From an uncultured Synergistaceae bacterium (GTDB lineage: Bacteria > Synergistota > Synergistia > Synergistales > 79-D21), in NCBI GenBank assembly GCA_964425765.1, contig CAYRNZ010000003.1, positions 1,221 to 65,220 of the forward strand: a DNA stretch of 64,000 nt. The letters are read 5' to 3'. Of this stretch, positions 60,904-64,000 are shown in pieces; position 1 is the stretch's first letter; each line of letters starts with the position of its first letter. The translations under genes were made by a program, and so were the position numbers. The notes under the pieces were generated by a model. The model was not told the DNA's origin. It saw nothing but the letters and a program-made list of their open reading frames with translations, and did no database searches.

Positions 60904-62736
60904 TCACTCGCGGCTTTCGCCCCCGGCGATGCGGATGTCCAGCTCCTTCAGCTGCTTCTGGTCCACTTCCGAAGGGGCCCCGGACATGAGGCACTGCGCC
61001 TTGGCAGTCTTGGGGAAGGCCATAACCTCGCGGATCGAACGGCAACCGCAAAGAAGAGCGACAAGCCTGTCGAAACCGAGGGCTAGTCCCCCGTGCGGGG
61101 GAGTGCCGTAGCTCAGGGCTTCCAGGAGGAACCCGAACCTTTCCCTGGCCTGTTCCGGGGTGAAGGAGAGCACCCCGAACACCTTTTCCTGCACTTCGGG
61201 ATCGTGGATCCTGATCGACCCTCCGCCGATTTCGCTCCCGTTGAGAACGAGATCGTAAGCCCTGGAACGAACCTTGCCCGGTTCCGCCTCGAGCAGCCCC
61301 ATGTCCTCGGGATGAGGCGCGGTGAAAGGATGGTGCATGGCCGACCACCGCGATTCCTCACCGTCCCATTCCAGCAGCGGAAAATCCCGTACCCAGAGGA
61401 AGGCCCAGCCAGAACGGTCCACGAGGTCAAGCCGCGATGCGATTTCAAGGCGCAGCGTGCCCAGCATCGAACAGGTCGCCAACCATTCCCCTGCCGCCAC
61501 GAACAGGGCGTCGCCGTCAAGGAGGCCGGAAACCTCGAACAGTTCCTTTCGACCATTCTCGTCGAGTGTCTTCAGCAGGGGACCCTTGAGTTCGCCGCCC
61601 TTCACCTGGAACGAGGCAAGGCCTTTCGCGCCAAGCTCCCTCGCCCTGTCCTCGAGCTCGGAGATTTCCTTCCGTGAAAACGCCGCGCCACCCGGGACAC
61701 GCAGCCCGCGAACCGCTCCCCCCTCGGCCAGGATGAGCCTGAAAGGTTCAAAACCGGCCTTTCCGAATACTGAATCGAGATTGCAGATCCGCATGGGAAT
61801 GCGCAGGTCGGGCTTGTCGCTGCCGTAGCTTTCCATGGCCTCCTTCCAGGTGAGCTGCAGGAAGGGCGTCTCTATCTCGACAGAGAGGATCTCTGAAAAC
61901 AGCCCCAGGACGTATCCCTCAAGCAGGCCGATGATGTCCGTTTCCGTAATGAAGCTCATTTCGAGGTCGATTTGGGTGAACTCGGGCTGCCTGTCCGCCC
62001 TGAGGTCTTCATCCCTGAAACACTTGACGATCTGGAAATAGCGGTCGCAACCGCTCACCATCAGGATTTGCTTGAAAAGCTGAGGCGATTGAGGCAGGGC
62101 ATAGAACTCTCCGCGGTTCACCCGACTCGGGACAAGGTAATCCCTCGCTCCTTCCGGCGTCGATTTGGTCAGGATCGGTGTCTCGACCTCGAGGAACCCG
62201 TGTCGGACCAGGTAGGTCCTGGTGAAGGCCGCCGCGCGGGCCCGAATCCTCAGGTTTTCCTGCATCCTGGGCCTTCTGAGATCGAGGTAGCGATGCCTCA
62301 GGCGGAGGTTCTCGTCAACCTTGTCGACATCGGTCAGCTCGAAGGGGAGAGGCGCCGAGGGTGAAAGGACAAGAAGGTCCTCGGCCGCCATTTCCCACTC
62401 GCCCGTCGGCAAGTTCGGGTTCTCGGTCCCGGCAGGCCTGCGCCTTACCGTTCCCTTTACGGCAAGGACATACTCGCTCCTGAGATCCTTGGCCTTCTCG
62501 TGGGCGTCGGGTGTCGCTTCCGGGTTGAAAACCACCTGCACCGTCCCGGTGTGGTCCCATAGCTCCAAAAAGATGATGCCCCCCAGGTCCCTCCGTTTTC
62601 TCAACCAGCCGTTCAGCACCACCGGGTGTCCCTCGTGCCCGGAACAGGCCTGGCCGCAATAAACCGTTCTCTTCCAGGAATCTTCGAAATACCTAGCACT
62701 CACCGCTTCAGGACTCCCTTCGGGAAAGAGCTTCAA
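60904..62736 (-). CDS. aspS: Aspartate--tRNA ligase
   Basis: Class II motifs: FLELWDHTG (OB fold), FRDEDLRADRQPEFTQID and GGGSIRIHD...PPHGGLALGFDRL. The start is TTG at 62736 (TTGA overlap with the hisS stop) or GTG at 62703. Confidence 0.95.
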   Translation of the reverse strand: MKLFPEGSPEAVSARYFEDSWKRTVYCGQACSGHEGHPVVLNGWLRKRRDLGGIIFLELWDHTGTVQVVFNPEATPDAHEKAKDLRSEYVLAVKGTVRRRPAGTENPNLPTGEWEMAAEDLLVLSPSAPLPFELTDVDKVDENLRLRHRYLDLRRPRMQENLRIRARAAAFTRTYLVRHGFLEVETPILTKSTPEGARDYLVPSRVNRGEFYALPQSPQLFKQILMVSGCDRYFQIVKCFRDEDLRADRQPEFTQIDLEMSFITETDIIGLLEGYVLGLFSEILSVEIETPFLQLTWKEAMESYGSDKPDLRIPMRICNLDSVFGKAGFEPFRLILAEGGAVRGLRVPGGAAFSRKEISELEDRARELGAKGLASFQVKGGELKGPLLKTLDENGRKELFEVSGLLDGDALFVAAGEWLATCSMLGTLRLEIASRLDLVDRSGWAFLWVRDFPLLEWDGEESRWSAMHHPFTAPHPEDMGLLEAEPGKVRSRAYDLVLNGSEIGGGSIRIHDPEVQEKVFGVLSFTPEQARERFGFLLEALSYGTPPHGGLALGFDRLVALLCGCRSIREVMAFPKTAKAQCLMSGAPSEVDQKQLKELDIRIAGGESRE

Positions 62737-64000
62737 CGCACCACGGAGCCGATCCGGCTCGAGAGTTCGGCCACGATACGGTCTCGCGCGATTTCTTCCT
62801 GTTCTCCCGTGGACATCTTCTTCAAGGCCACGACGCCCTTTTCGATCTCGTTCGACCCCAACACGGCCGCAAAGGCCGACCTTGCTGCACCGGCCGCCTT
62901 CATCTGGGCCTTGACCCCTTTGCCCGAGGTGTCCATCTCGGCCGGAACACCGGCCTTCCTGAGTTCGTAAAGAAGGCGCAGGCTTTCTTTGCGGGCGTTT
63001 TCATCCGCAACGACAACCGTGACGAGGGTAACCGGTTCTTCCCCGAAACTCTGCCCCTGCTGCTCCATCGTCAGCACGATCCGGTCAAGCCCCGCCGCGA
63101 ACCCGACTCCTGGCGTATGCGGGCCCCCTATAGCCTCCGCGAGGTTGTCATATCTTCCTCCCCCGCAGACGGCATTTTGGGCCCCCAAATCGCCGGAAAG
63201 AACCTCGTAGGCCGTTTTCGTGTAGTAATCCAGTCCCCTGACGAGTCTCTTGTCGATGCGGAACTTCGCCCCGACAAGATCCAGCCCTTTCAGGACCTCG
63301 TCAAAATGGTCTCGGCACTCCCCGCAAAGGTGGTCCCTGACATCCGGGGCCCCGTCGGTTATGGCCCGACAGCTTTCGACCTTGCAGTCGAGGATCCGCA
63401 GCGGGTTCCTGTCGAAACGGCCCTGGCACGTCGGGCAAAGCGACTCGAAGTGCTTCCCCAGGTACTCTTGGAGCGCGGCACGGTAAACCGGGCGACAGGC
63501 AGGACATCCAACCGAGTTCACGAGGACTTCCAGGTTCGACAGGCCGAGCCTGCGGAAGATTTCCAGGGAAAGGGCGATCACCTCGACGTCCACGAGAGGG
63601 CTGGCGGAACCGATCGCCTCGAAATCGAGCTGCCAGAACTGGCGGTACCGCCCCTTCTGGGGGCGTTCATAGCGCATCATCGGCCCGGCGCACCAGAGTT
63701 TGGCGGGCTGCGTGCCCGTGGACATCGAGTGTTCGAGGTAAGCCCTGACCATCGATGCGGTGGCCTCCGGCCTGAGGGTCAGGCTTCTCCCCGACCGGTC
63801 CGAGAAGGTGTACATCTCTTTTTCCACGACATCGGTCGTCTCTCCGATTCCCCGGGAAAAAAGCTCGGTCTGTTCGAAAATAGGGAGATGAACCTCCCTG
63901 TATCCGAAATCCTCGGCAATCTTCCGGGTTACCGAGAAAATGTACGCCCATTTCCAGGACTCCGCAGGGAGTATGTCTCTGACGCCCCGGGGGGCCTTGA
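62733..64000 (-). CDS. hisS: Histidine--tRNA ligase (5' end just beyond right edge)
   Basis: The frame stays open to the window edge. Reverse translation of 63828-64000 gives KAPRGVRDILPAESWKWAYIFSVTRKIAEDFGYREVHLPIFEQTELFSRGIGETTDVVEKEMYTF, the normal HisRS N-terminus. Further motifs are LRPEATAS, RYERPQKGRYRQFWQ and GGGRYD. The track's start at 63827 is internal. Confidence 0.95.
   Translation of the reverse strand, partial: KAPRGVRDILPAESWKWAYIFSVTRKIAEDFGYREVHLPIFEQTELFSRGIGETTDVVEKEMYTFSDRSGRSLTLRPEATASMVRAYLEHSMSTGTQPAKLWCAGPMMRYERPQKGRYRQFWQLDFEAIGSASPLVDVEVIALSLEIFRRLGLSNLEVLVNSVGCPACRPVYRAALQEYLGKHFESLCPTCQGRFDRNPLRILDCKVESCRAITDGAPDVRDHLCGECRDHFDEVLKGLDLVGAKFRIDKRLVRGLDYYTKTAYEVLSGDLGAQNAVCGGGRYDNLAEAIGGPHTPGVGFAAGLDRIVLTMEQQGQSFGEEPVTLVTVVVADENARKESLRLLYELRKAGVPAEMDTSGKGVKAQMKAAGAARSAFAAVLGSNEIEKGVVALKKMSTGEQEEIARDRIVAELSSRIGSVVR

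Overview
GC-rich bacterial chromosomal core region with very dense coding. I support about 58 protein genes and one tRNA, and all but one lie on the minus strand. In minus-strand reading order (right to left) the window holds: hisS (5' end off the window), aspS, a small ORF and a UPF0173-type MBL hydrolase. Next come an OstA/LptA-like gene, lptB, one plus-strand HycI-type hydrogenase maturation protease, murJ, hslO, a secreted hypothetical and an FmdB-type zinc ribbon. These are followed by tsaD, groES-groEL (perfect CIRCE operator), guaA, an AI-2E permease, mobB and a membrane pyrophosphatase (hppA). Then dnaG-rpoD, an in-frame S4-RidA ORF, rex, yajC-secD-secF, a coiled-coil protein, a LapA-like protein, recJ, relA/spoT, dtd, an MBL hydrolase and radC. 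Then mreB-mreC-mreD-mrdA-minC-minD-minE-rodA, a radical-SAM/DUF2344 pair, RNase G, smc and an NPPY methyltransferase. Finally rsmI, metG, tatD-tgt-tsaC, tRNA-Leu(CAG), rpoB-rpoC, an L7Ae-like gene, rpsL, rpsG and fusA (3' end off the window). I saw no CRISPR array, transposase, integrase, prophage or obvious defence island. Firmicutes-like gene order together with outer-membrane/LPS genes (lptB, OstA-like) and a very long beta-prime suggests a diderm lineage such as Synergistota; this is inference only. I did not find a convincing new multi-gene system, so this reads as an ordinary housekeeping region. The leads most worth a second look are: two large insertions in rpoC; an S4(RqcP/Hsp15-like)-RidA fusion ORF; the uncharacterised radical-SAM + DUF2344 pair coupled to RNase G; a backwards, orphan hycI wedged into a co-directional array; and a palindromic operator over the hppA promoter. 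Many starts in the supplied ORF track are over-extended. I re-set them where an ATG/GTG/TTG with a good Shine-Dalgarno, or a stop/start overlap, was visible. All family assignments come from motif recognition by eye, since no searches could be run.
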